A DNA stretch of 64,000 bases. It comes from a virus. The notes beneath the pieces are model-generated. The model worked only from the letters and a program-made list of their open reading frames with translations. It did no database searches and was not told the origin of the DNA. This document shows, one piece after another, positions 37,328-45,109 of this stretch (its first letter is position 1; each line of letters starts with the position of its first letter). A program made the position numbers and the translations under genes. The stretch covers positions 1 to 64,000 of the IMG/VR virus record IMGVR_UViG_3300035704_000002; one strand, given 5' to 3'.

Positions 37328-37567
37328 TCACCCTGGTGAGCGGATCAAATGATCGTGACACCGCCGTCGCCTCCCGAATGTCCATGGGAGCGGGCGGTTC
37401 GCGTAATGCCTATTCTGTCTGGTCAGCCTCCTGGTGTGCGCGGGCGCGACGAAGTCGGGCAGCGCGGTCAGCACGTCGGCCGCGTCGACATCGATGTTGT
37501 AGTCACCATTGCTGAGAACGTCGGCAATGTCGTTGGCCAGCATGTCCATGTCGAATTTCCTGTTCAT
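37328..37567 (-). CDS. hypothetical protein (C-terminus may be frameshifted)
   Basis: Leaderless ATG 37567 after a motif promoter. Confidence 0.55.
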   Translation of the reverse strand: MNRKFDMDMLANDIADVLSNGDYNIDVDAADVLTALPDFVAPAHTRRLTRQNRHYANRPLPWTFGRRRRCHDHLIRSPG

Positions 37568-37574
37568 GGTACCT

Positions 37575-37625
37575 AGCGTAGCCTGATTATCCAGGCTTGA
37601 CAAGCCTAACTAGTTCGGCTAGCCT
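37575..37625. promoter_or_regulatory. Back-to-back pair of motif promoters sharing one quasi-palindromic -35 (CTTGACAAG)
   Basis: Minus: TTGTCA-AGCCTGGATAATCAGGC-TACGCT-7 nt-ATG(37567); plus: TTGACA-AGCCTAACTAGTTCGGC-TAGCCT-5 nt-ATG(37631). Confidence 0.88.
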
Positions 37626-37630
37626 GACAC

Positions 37631-38818
37631 ATGTCAGCCGAGAGCGAACGGCAGGAGCCCCCGATGATCTGGACCCTCACCCCCGCCGAACTGGAAGCCA
37701 CCGAAGCGAAGATCGCGACGATCAACGCGCGCGCCGCCAAGCGCGGCTTCACCGGCCGACTGACCGTCGACTCGCGCCGCACCGAGGTCACCGAGGTCAC
37801 CGAATCCGGTTTGTCGGTCACCGAGGTGCGCTACGAAACCACCCTCGGCGGCGACGCCCCCTGCTACAACGGCTGGACGCTGTTGGCCGTACTGGACTGG
37901 GAGGGTGAGGACGGCCTGATCGTGCGCACCGCTCCCGGTGTCGAGTCGGTCAACCGCGACAGCCTGGTCCGCGACTACTGCGGTCACTGCAACACCACCC
38001 GCAACCGCCGCAAGATCTACCTGGTCGGCAACGCCGACGGCACCCAGGTGCAGGTCGGTTCCACCTGCCTGAAGGACTTCCTGGGCTGGACCGGCAACCC
38101 CGTGTTCTACGGCGTCGGCCAGATCACCGACGAGATCGACGGCATGCTGGGCGCGGGCTGTTGGGAGCACACCTACACCACCGAGACCGTGCTGGCCGCC
38201 GCATGGGCCGCCACCACGATGTTCGGCTATGTCAAGACCAGCGACTGGAGCAAGACGCCCACCAAGAACGTGGTGCTGTGCCTGCTGGATCCCCGTAGCC
38301 AGGCCGATCGGGAGCTGGCCCGCGACTGCGCGCCGGTGATCGCCAACGCCGCCGGCACGGCCGCCAAGGTCCGCGAGTTCATCTTGTCCGAGGCGTTCAG
38401 TGGTGAGGGCGAGTACGTGCGCAACCTCAAGGTGCTGGCCGGCCTGGATGAGGTGTCCTCTCGCAACATCGGCATCCTGGCATCGGCTCCGCAGGCGTGG
38501 GCGCGCGCACAGGAGCGCACGCTGATCCGCGAGCGGGAGCGCGCCGACGTGCTCAACGAGTTCGTTGGCAGCCCCAAGGCGCGCCTGGTGCTCACGGTGC
38601 GCGTCAAGGCCGTCCAGTTCATCCCCGGCGACTACGGCACGACGACGCTCTACACGATGACCGATGAAGCCGGACACCAGTTCAAGTGGTTCGCCCGCAC
38701 GGACGCCCTGGGCGAGGAGCCCAGCGAGACCCTGGTGACCATCAGGGGCACCGTGAAGAAGCACGAGGAGTACCAGGGCCAACGTTCCACCGTGCTGACC
38801 CGGTGCGCGGTGCAGTGA
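37631..38818 (+). CDS. phage protein with Zn finger and probable C-terminal OB fold
   Basis: CGHCNTTRNR...QVGSTCLKDFLG; C-terminal FKWF...IRGTVKKHEEYQG...TVLTRC. Confidence 0.75.
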   Translation: MSAESERQEPPMIWTLTPAELEATEAKIATINARAAKRGFTGRLTVDSRRTEVTEVTESGLSVTEVRYETTLGGDAPCYNGWTLLAVLDWEGEDGLIVRTAPGVESVNRDSLVRDYCGHCNTTRNRRKIYLVGNADGTQVQVGSTCLKDFLGWTGNPVFYGVGQITDEIDGMLGAGCWEHTYTTETVLAAAWAATTMFGYVKTSDWSKTPTKNVVLCLLDPRSQADRELARDCAPVIANAAGTAAKVREFILSEAFSGEGEYVRNLKVLAGLDEVSSRNIGILASAPQAWARAQERTLIRERERADVLNEFVGSPKARLVLTVRVKAVQFIPGDYGTTTLYTMTDEAGHQFKWFARTDALGEEPSETLVTIRGTVKKHEEYQGQRSTVLTRCAVQ

Positions 38819-38830
38819 CCGGCGCGGAGG

Positions 38831-38856
38831 GGGACTTCCGTTGGCCCGGAAGTCCC
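38831..38856 (+). terminator. hairpin terminator
   Basis: gggacttccg / cggaagtccc. Confidence 0.6.
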
Positions 38857-38971
38857 TCCCCTGTGCTCGGCCGGGTCACACGATGCTCGGGAACGGGCGA
38901 TGTTCTGCCTGGTCGTGAGGCTAGCGAACGTGGCGGCGGCGGGTGGTCTCGTTGGATGCCCTTGAACTACC

Positions 38972-39000
38972 TTGACAAGCCTAGTTAAGTAGGCTTCACT
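38972..39000 (+). promoter_or_regulatory. Conserved promoter/operator copy, leadered
   Basis: TTGACA-AGCCTAGTTAAGTAGGC-TTCACT, then AGGAGG and GTG 39031. Confidence 0.8.
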
Positions 39001-39030
39001 TAAGACTCACCCCGCGATCAGGAGGCCACC

Positions 39031-39315
39031 GTGAACGACACGACGACCGGCACCGAATTCGTTCGCCACACCTGCAACGCCGCTCGCCCCGGTCAGCCGC
39101 TGCCCTTCGGTCGCAAGGCGCCCGAGGGTGCGTGTCCGCGTTGCGACGAACTGCGCGCCGGTGCTCCGGCCCGCGAGGCGCACCCGGCCATCCGCGCCGT
39201 CGTCGCCCGCCGGGCCGACGACGCCCAGCGCGTGCTCGACAATCGGGCGCACTTCGCCAGCCAGACGCACCGCTCGGGCGGGTGCGGCCCGGTGTGCACT
39301 TTCGGGGAGTGGTAA
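39031..39315 (+). CDS. Cys/His hypothetical protein
   Basis: HTC...CPRCDEL...CGPVCTFGEW. Confidence 0.7.
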   Translation: MNDTTTGTEFVRHTCNAARPGQPLPFGRKAPEGACPRCDELRAGAPAREAHPAIRAVVARRADDAQRVLDNRAHFASQTHRSGGCGPVCTFGEW

Positions 39316-39318
39316 CCC

Positions 39319-39516
39319 GTGGTTCGCGTGAACTTCGTCGTAGAACCGGGCGGTGTCGCACTCGGCACCCTGGTCGCCCTGTTCATCGCCGCCAAGGGTG
39401 TCGGGCTCGTGACGTGGTCATGGCTGTGGGTGCTGGCTTCGCTGTGGGTTCCGGCCGGAATCGCGCTGCTGACCGTACTGGTGATCGGCTTCCTCGGTTT
39501 GCTGATCGCCGAGTAA
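39319..39516 (+). CDS. small membrane protein
   Basis: LFIAAK..G...WSWLWVLASLW. Confidence 0.7.
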   Translation: MVRVNFVVEPGGVALGTLVALFIAAKGVGLVTWSWLWVLASLWVPAGIALLTVLVIGFLGLLIAE

Positions 39517-39569
39517 TCGGAGCTTGTCAAGCCTAGTTATCCCGTCCTGCCCACCCGTGACAACGAGGA

Positions 39570-39977
39570 ATGATCATGCCCGAGTCCACTGCGCGCATCG
39601 TCTTCGGCGACTGCGTTCTGACCTACATTCTTAGCGCGGAGGCGTGGTACGCGTACGCGCTCAGCAGCCTGGAACAGGCCGACCTGCTGCTGTTGGCTCG
39701 GTCACCGTCCGGAGTTGTGCACTGGGAGGTGCGCGTCATCGACCGCGCCGACCTCGGCCAGCCGCTGGTGGAGATCCGACTCACCGGTGACGACGTCGCC
39801 GCGTTCGTTGACGTGCCGGACTTCTTCGCCGCACTGGCGACCGGACAGCCACGCGACCTGGTCGCGGTGCGCGCCATCGCCGATGCCATCGGCGCGATCG
39901 ACGGCACGCCGCGCGAGCGTCCGCCGCTTCCCCCGTTGGACGAGGGAACGGCGCGCGCCATCGGCGAGGTGTCCTGA
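39570..39977 (+). CDS. hypothetical protein
   Basis: GAGGA RBS. Confidence 0.6.
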   Translation: MIMPESTARIVFGDCVLTYILSAEAWYAYALSSLEQADLLLLARSPSGVVHWEVRVIDRADLGQPLVEIRLTGDDVAAFVDVPDFFAALATGQPRDLVAVRAIADAIGAIDGTPRERPPLPPLDEGTARAIGEVS

Positions 39978-39978
39978 C

Positions 39979-40284
39979 GTGGCCTGGGAGCGCGGTCAGC
40001 TCGTGCGTGTGAACGGCTGGCCGGCTTGGGTGTGCCACCAGCACCGGCGCAACAGCCAGGACGGCGTCATGGTCTACACGCTGCCCCGATTACCGGGTCG
40101 GTCGGTGCGCGGGGCACCGGATGTCGGTATCCAGATGTGGGCGCCACTGCCGGACGTGGGACGCACCTGCCAGCACCAGGCCGTCGATCGTGAGACGGGG
40201 GTGTTGTACTGCGGTCAGCCACCGGCGATGAACAGCGTGTACTGCGTGACTCATCAGGTTGATCACGGTGAACTGGACTGGTGA
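39979..40284 (+). CDS. hypothetical protein
   Basis: GAGG RBS before GTG 39979. Confidence 0.5.
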   Translation: MAWERGQLVRVNGWPAWVCHQHRRNSQDGVMVYTLPRLPGRSVRGAPDVGIQMWAPLPDVGRTCQHQAVDRETGVLYCGQPPAMNSVYCVTHQVDHGELDW

Positions 40285-40291
40285 GATGCCT

Positions 40292-40320
40292 TTGACCAGC
40301 CTGGATAACTAGGCTAGCCT
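40292..40320 (+). promoter_or_regulatory. Conserved promoter/operator copy, leaderless
   Basis: TTGACC-AGCCTGGATAACTAGGC-TAGCCT-6 nt-ATG(40327). Confidence 0.85.
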
Positions 40321-40326
40321 CACGCC

Positions 40327-40794
40327 ATGAGCAGCAAATATTCCACCACCGGCTGGAACGGCGCCCGACGTGGACACAAGGCCGAACACGCCGCCGGAGG
40401 TGTTCGCCGACACTCCGGTGGCACCACCACCGTCCTGCCCGACAACGCCGGCTTCAGTTGGAGCAGCCCCGGCGGTCAACTGTTCGTGCCCTTCGCGTCC
40501 ATCGGCGGCGGCTACAGCCCCGACATCCTGGACCGGCTACACCGTTCCCTGCTGGCCTTCGAGGACGTCGACCAGGCGCATGGCACCACCGCGCCGTTTC
40601 CGCCGGGCGTCATCCGTGCCGCCGAGATGCACACGCCGCCGATGGGCGCCGCCGTGTCAGTGCTCGCCGTGCCCGAGTCGGACGTGGATGACACCGAGCC
40701 CGGCTCGGCCCTCGATGGGTCGGTGACCGACACCGATTCGATCGCGCGGGCGGATCTACCCCTGCTGGATCAGTACCGAGAATTGGACATTTAG
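40327..40794 (+). CDS. hypothetical protein
   Basis: Leaderless start. Confidence 0.6.
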   Translation: MSSKYSTTGWNGARRGHKAEHAAGGVRRHSGGTTTVLPDNAGFSWSSPGGQLFVPFASIGGGYSPDILDRLHRSLLAFEDVDQAHGTTAPFPPGVIRAAEMHTPPMGAAVSVLAVPESDVDDTEPGSALDGSVTDTDSIARADLPLLDQYRELDI

Positions 40795-40799
40795 TTTCT

Positions 40800-41035
40800 C
40801 GCGAGAATCGAACAAACGCGACAGCGAGAATCGGACATTTCGCAGCGAGACGAGAACGAGAATCCACCGCGCCACCGAGACGAGACACAGCATGCGAGCG
40901 AGACGAGAACGAGAATCCACCGCGCCCACCAGCGAGACGAACCCGGCTGGCCAGCGAGACGAGAGCGAGACGACGCCCAGTGCCGACAGCAAGACGAGAC
41001 GAGAATCCACCGGCCTGCTGCGCGACCTCGTCTCG
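40800..41035. repeat. Cluster of GCGAGACGAG / GAGAATCCACC repeats
   Basis: agcgagacgagaacgagaatccaccgcgcc at 40844 and 40897, partial copy at 40993, many CGAGAC cores. Confidence 0.8.
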
Positions 41036-41242
41036 CTGCTCGCACTGCTGGCCGGCATCGCAACCGCTGTGCTGTGTCTCGTTCACCTCGGCTGGTGGAC
41101 TGTCGGTCTCGTTGTCTCGCTGGTAACCGCGAGTAGCGGTCTGCTGGGTGCGCTACGCCGTTACGGTGATGAGCCTGCGGCACCGGTGGAGCACCTGATC
41201 GAGATCCGGCATACCGACGAATGGCCCACATCGGACGAGTGA
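40892..41242 (+). CDS. membrane protein whose N-terminus is encoded by the repeats
   Basis: Two hydrophobic segments. Confidence 0.45.
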   Translation: MRARRERESTAPTSETNPAGQRDESETTPSADSKTRRESTGLLRDLVSLLALLAGIATAVLCLVHLGWWTVGLVVSLVTASSGLLGALRRYGDEPAAPVEHLIEIRHTDEWPTSDE

Positions 41243-41244
41243 GC

Positions 41245-41273
41245 TTGTCAAGCCTAGATAGCTAGGCTATACT
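41245..41273 (+). promoter_or_regulatory. Conserved promoter/operator copy (near consensus), leadered
   Basis: TTGTCA-AGCCTAGATAGCTAGGC-TATACT, then GAGGAG and ATG 41302. Confidence 0.88.
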
Positions 41274-41301
41274 CGGGTTATACCGACGCCGAGGAGTCCC
41301 G

Positions 41302-41616
41302 ATGCCCCGTATCACCTGCGGAAACTGCCAGAACACCCACCACTCTGTTGACGCTGTTCGTCGCTGCTACGCCGGCACGGCCTGGGCCTGCACCTGGCTG
41401 CTGGAACGGTGGGGCGAAGACGGCATGTACGTGGTCGAATGCGGTGCCCTGGCCTGGGAAGATGAGCGCGGCTACGGATGCGAAGCAGGTCATAGCCACG
41501 TCTACGCCGAGGTGCGTGACGCCGAAGGCTGGGACTACGCCAGCGACGCCGAAGAAGCTCAGCTCATGCGCCGCAACGGCCTGGACGCCGTCGGTCCGGA
41601 CGGCGGTTCCATCTGA
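41302..41616 (+). CDS. Cys/His hypothetical protein
   Basis: CGNC...H.SV..VR.C; CEAGHSH. Confidence 0.7.
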   Translation: MPRITCGNCQNTHHSVDAVRRCYAGTAWACTWLLERWGEDGMYVVECGALAWEDERGYGCEAGHSHVYAEVRDAEGWDYASDAEEAQLMRRNGLDAVGPDGGSI

Positions 41617-41640
41617 CTGAGTCGGACACACTCTGTTACA

Positions 41641-41679
41641 ACAGCAGCCCCGCCGGGTACCTACCGGCGGGGCTGCTGT
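41641..41679. terminator. strong hairpin terminator
   Basis: 16-bp stem acagcagccccgccgg / ccggcggggctgctgt. Confidence 0.75.
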
Positions 41680-41681
41680 GC

Positions 41682-41898
41682 TGTCTCGTCTCGGCGTGGG
41701 CGCGGACCCAAAACGAGACGCCGACCGAGATCACCGTCTCGGTCGGCACTCAGCGTGTCTCGCTCGCGGCGAGACGTGCACCGAGACACCGAGCGAGAGA
41801 CGTCTCGCACCGAGCGAGACGCCGAACGAGAATCCCCACCCCCGCGCCACGCGCCGCGCCGGCTCGCGACGCGGCATCGACCGAGACGGCGTCTCGCT
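41682..41898. repeat. Second cluster of CGAGAC / GTCTCG direct and inverted repeats
   Basis: About ten CGAGA(C)/(G)TCTCG cores in roughly 215 bp, including ccgaccgaga...tctcggtcgg. Confidence 0.7.
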
Positions 41899-42488
41899 CA
41901 CGACTGCGCCGGAGGGTTGCTGATCGCGTTGGCGAACACACCCGGCGCCTGCCCCGGCGCGGGGCGAGACGAGACGGTAGCCGGCACCATGGGGGCGTTG
42001 TTGATGAGCTTGTCTCGCTCGTCCCCGGCCGCCCGCATCGCCGTGATCGCCTGGTGCCGATCGTCCAACAGCAGGCTGCGCCGCCGCACCATCGTCCACG
42101 CGGCGAAGCCGCCGATCGCCAGCATCGCCAGCCCGACGACGCCCGCGATCGTGCCCCACGAGCTGACCGCCATCACCAGCAAGAACAGCCCGAACAGCAC
42201 CATCAGGATGCAACGGACGAAACGGCCAGGGCGGAACTGGGTCAGGTCACGGTCGGCGCACTGCACCGCGTAGCTCGCGTTGACCACGCGCTGATCCAGC
42301 TTGCGCAGCGCGGGCGCGCGATCCTGTATCGCGAACAGCCTCCGGGTCATAGTGTCGATCTCGCCCTGGAACCGCGCGCAGTTCGCGCTGTCGGCCGCCT
42401 GCGCGTCGCGCAGCACCTTCGCTTCGATGATCCGCGTGCGCAGAGTCTGCACCTGCTCGTCGTAGAGATCCGGTTCGTCGTCTGTCAT
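41898..42488 (-). CDS. membrane protein with coiled coil (Spd-like)
   Basis: Two TM segments; GAGGAG RBS before ATG 42488. Confidence 0.6.
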   Translation of the reverse strand: MTDDEPDLYDEQVQTLRTRIIEAKVLRDAQAADSANCARFQGEIDTMTRRLFAIQDRAPALRKLDQRVVNASYAVQCADRDLTQFRPGRFVRCILMVLFGLFLLVMAVSSWGTIAGVVGLAMLAIGGFAAWTMVRRRSLLLDDRHQAITAMRAAGDERDKLINNAPMVPATVSSRPAPGQAPGVFANAISNPPAQS

Positions 42489-42536
42489 GGCTCCTCGCTC
42501 TGTCACTGTGGGTGGTGGTGTCCGGGGGGTAATCGG

Positions 42537-42648
42537 CTCACTCACTCACTCACTCACCGGTGTGGCAGGGCGGGGTCGTCGCCCGTAACACCCGGTCAGA
42601 CCCCTACGAGGGGGGCCTGTCGGTGAGTGAGTGAGTAGGTGAGTGAGT
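42537..42648. repeat. Inverted (CTCA)n ... (TGAG)n arrays just downstream of the traB-like gene; candidate clt locus
   Basis: CTCA x5 at 42537-42556; perfect IR ctcactcactcaccg (42545-59) / cggtgagtgagtgag (42621-35). Confidence 0.75.
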
Positions 42649-42657
42649 TGACATTGG

Positions 42658-45063
42658 TCACTCGTTGTCACTCCCTGTGGTGTTGCTGTTCACGGTGTCG
42701 TACACCCGGCCGGGCAGCCCGTACCGGTCGCTCTCGTCCTTGGTCAGCCGGCCGGAGTCGACCAGCTTGCGCAGCAGGTTGTAGACAGCGATGTCGTTGT
42801 CCACCGCGTCACCGCATCCGCGCAGCGCCGCGATCAGCTCGGCCGACCGCATCGGCACCGTCATGGCATCCAAGATCGCCAGGATCGCCTCTGTCCGCGT
42901 CGGCTTCGTCGCGCCCGGCCTGCCCTGCGCCACCGTGGCCGGCGAGGGCCGCTCGCCGTCGCCTGTCCAGTTGGTGCGCGCGCCGGACGGATCGAGCACA
43001 ACCGGCGCTGCGGTGCGCGGGGAGACGGGCACCGCGTCCTGGACCGCGTCGGCCGGCACGGCATCCTCCACCGGCTGTTCACCGCCGACCGTGTAGCCGG
43101 CCGGGTCGGCGAGGAAGCGGCGGAACTCGATCAACGATCCGAACTCGTTCGCGATCGCCTCCACGAACCCGCGCTGCTCGAACGGCGACATGCCGGCCAC
43201 GTCAACGCCGCCGACCCGCGCCGCCTCCAGCACCTCGACCACGTTCAGCGGCTCCGGTCGGCGCATGGTCGACTCGCTCATGGACGCGACCGAGTTGCCG
43301 CCGGTGTAGGCCAGGAACTCCGGCGTGACTCGCTGGTGTCGGTGGGCGTACGCCGGGCCGGCCGCGCGGGCCGATTCGGCGTCCAGCGGCCGGCGGAAGT
43401 GGCGACGCGACCAGGACACGTCCGCGATGGTGAGGCCGTCGTGCAGCCGTCGTTTGGTCGGATCGACCTCCTGGATGTAGGGCGCCTTGACCAGTTGTGG
43501 CCCTTCCTCGCCTTCCTCGCCACCGCCGTTGAGCCAGAACTCACCTTTCTGATGCGGCATGGGCAGCCGGTAGTCACCCATGAGACGGCCGATCGTGGCC
43601 TGGTCGCTGATCTTGAACGCCGTTGTGAACCCGGTCTGCGCGGCGATGTCGCCACCCCGGTCGCCGAGCTGGTCGTTCGTGTCGCGTTGCGTGGCGTAAT
43701 GCAAAAAGCAGTTCGCCGAGCCCGCACCCTGGCCGATGTTGCCACCCATGTCACTCATGGTGACCGGCTGGCCGTCGTAGACGTCCAGCACCATCTTGTT
43801 TTTCAAGGCGAAGCTGGCCTCATCCATGATGCAGATGATCGTGGGCCAGCGACGCTGCGACATCGACACGGCCTGCCGATAGCGGGCCACGTTCATCAAC
43901 GAGATCATCATGGCCAGCGTGTCCTCGGGGCCACGCGCGACCCAATCGAAAGGCGGGTCGAAATCAGTCCCCAGGTACACCTCCAGCCACGCCGCCACGA
44001 GGTCGTACAGCTTCTCCGTTCCGCAGATCCAGATCACACAGTTGTCCAGCTCGAAGTCGTTGCCGGCGCACGCTGTCATGAACGCCAGCAACGTGTGGAT
44101 AAGCGATGTCTTGCCGCTGCGTGTTTTGCCGATGTGCTGGCCGTGCTGGGTGAGCAGCAACTGCACCGGCTTGGTGTCGATGCCGTAGCCGCACACCGCC
44201 GGCCGGCTGATCTGCTGCTGAACGCGCGGATCGTGATACGGGTACAGACGGCCCATCACGTCCTCGATCACCGTGGTGATCGAGTACAGGCCGGCCGCCG
44301 GCAGCTTGCGTACCCCGACGAACCGCGACTCCAGTTGCACGCCGATCTGCTCGGACAGCGCGATCGCGATCGGCTCGGCCGCGTCCGGCGGCACGACAGC
44401 CTTGTTCGCGCCGTCGGTGGCCAGCCGGGACGCCGGCACACGCACCTGGAACGCGACACCGAACACCCGCGCCGCGTCCCTGATCGGCTCGCCGCCCACC
44501 ATGACCAGCCAGCCCAGGCCAGCCGAGGCCAGGGCCGCCATCATCACCTGCTCGTCATGCGAAAGGTCAGCCCAGTCGCGAGTGCGGGCCAGCGTGCGCA
44601 CCCGGTCGGGCTCCACTTCGCCGACCGGACGCACCATCACCTCGGCGCTCGGTGCGTCCACGGGTGCCGGCGTTACGGCCGGCGTGGCGCGACGTAGCCG
44701 GAACCAGTGCAGGTGCAGCAGGTGCGACACCCCGATCTGGGTGGCCACCACCACACAGACCAGCGCCAGCCACTGCAACCACCAACCGGCGCTGGTGACC
44801 ACCAGCACCATCGTGGTCGCGGCGTAGGCGGCGACCGCGCCGCCGATCCACCACAGCGCCGCGCGCTGCACGTCTTTGCTCCAGTTCTCACACGGCTTAC
44901 TACGCCGCACGCCGTGCGTACTGATCAGCAACGCCAGGCCGGCCAGCACCACGATCACGACGGCGGTCGCGGCCACGGAGGCGTGCAACAGCACCGCCAG
45001 TAGTCCCGTCACAGCGGTGAGCACGCCGGCCAAGGCGGCGTAGAAGACCTTGAAAGACACCAC
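42658..45063 (-). CDS. FtsK/SpoIIIE-family plasmid transfer DNA translocase (TraB-like)
   Basis: N-terminal TMs, Walker A GKTRSGKT, Walker B IMDE, YATQR, C-terminal winged helix; GAGGAG RBS. Confidence 0.8.
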   Translation of the reverse strand: MVSFKVFYAALAGVLTAVTGLLAVLLHASVAATAVVIVVLAGLALLISTHGVRRSKPCENWSKDVQRAALWWIGGAVAAYAATTMVLVVTSAGWWLQWLALVCVVVATQIGVSHLLHLHWFRLRRATPAVTPAPVDAPSAEVMVRPVGEVEPDRVRTLARTRDWADLSHDEQVMMAALASAGLGWLVMVGGEPIRDAARVFGVAFQVRVPASRLATDGANKAVVPPDAAEPIAIALSEQIGVQLESRFVGVRKLPAAGLYSITTVIEDVMGRLYPYHDPRVQQQISRPAVCGYGIDTKPVQLLLTQHGQHIGKTRSGKTSLIHTLLAFMTACAGNDFELDNCVIWICGTEKLYDLVAAWLEVYLGTDFDPPFDWVARGPEDTLAMMISLMNVARYRQAVSMSQRRWPTIICIMDEASFALKNKMVLDVYDGQPVTMSDMGGNIGQGAGSANCFLHYATQRDTNDQLGDRGGDIAAQTGFTTAFKISDQATIGRLMGDYRLPMPHQKGEFWLNGGGEEGEEGPQLVKAPYIQEVDPTKRRLHDGLTIADVSWSRRHFRRPLDAESARAAGPAYAHRHQRVTPEFLAYTGGNSVASMSESTMRRPEPLNVVEVLEAARVGGVDVAGMSPFEQRGFVEAIANEFGSLIEFRRFLADPAGYTVGGEQPVEDAVPADAVQDAVPVSPRTAAPVVLDPSGARTNWTGDGERPSPATVAQGRPGATKPTRTEAILAILDAMTVPMRSAELIAALRGCGDAVDNDIAVYNLLRKLVDSGRLTKDESDRYGLPGRVYDTVNSNTTGSDNE

Positions 45064-45109
45064 GGCGAACTCCTCTCGGGTAGACGGGACTACTGGCGGC
45101 GGTGAGGCA

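Noticed and set aside
407-41273. Recurrent AGCCTAG...CTAGGCT repeat as a CRISPR array or integron attC sites
   Set aside because: Copies are dispersed at gene-scale irregular distances, are degenerate, and keep a fixed -35/17 bp/-10 geometry; no cas gene or integron integrase is seen
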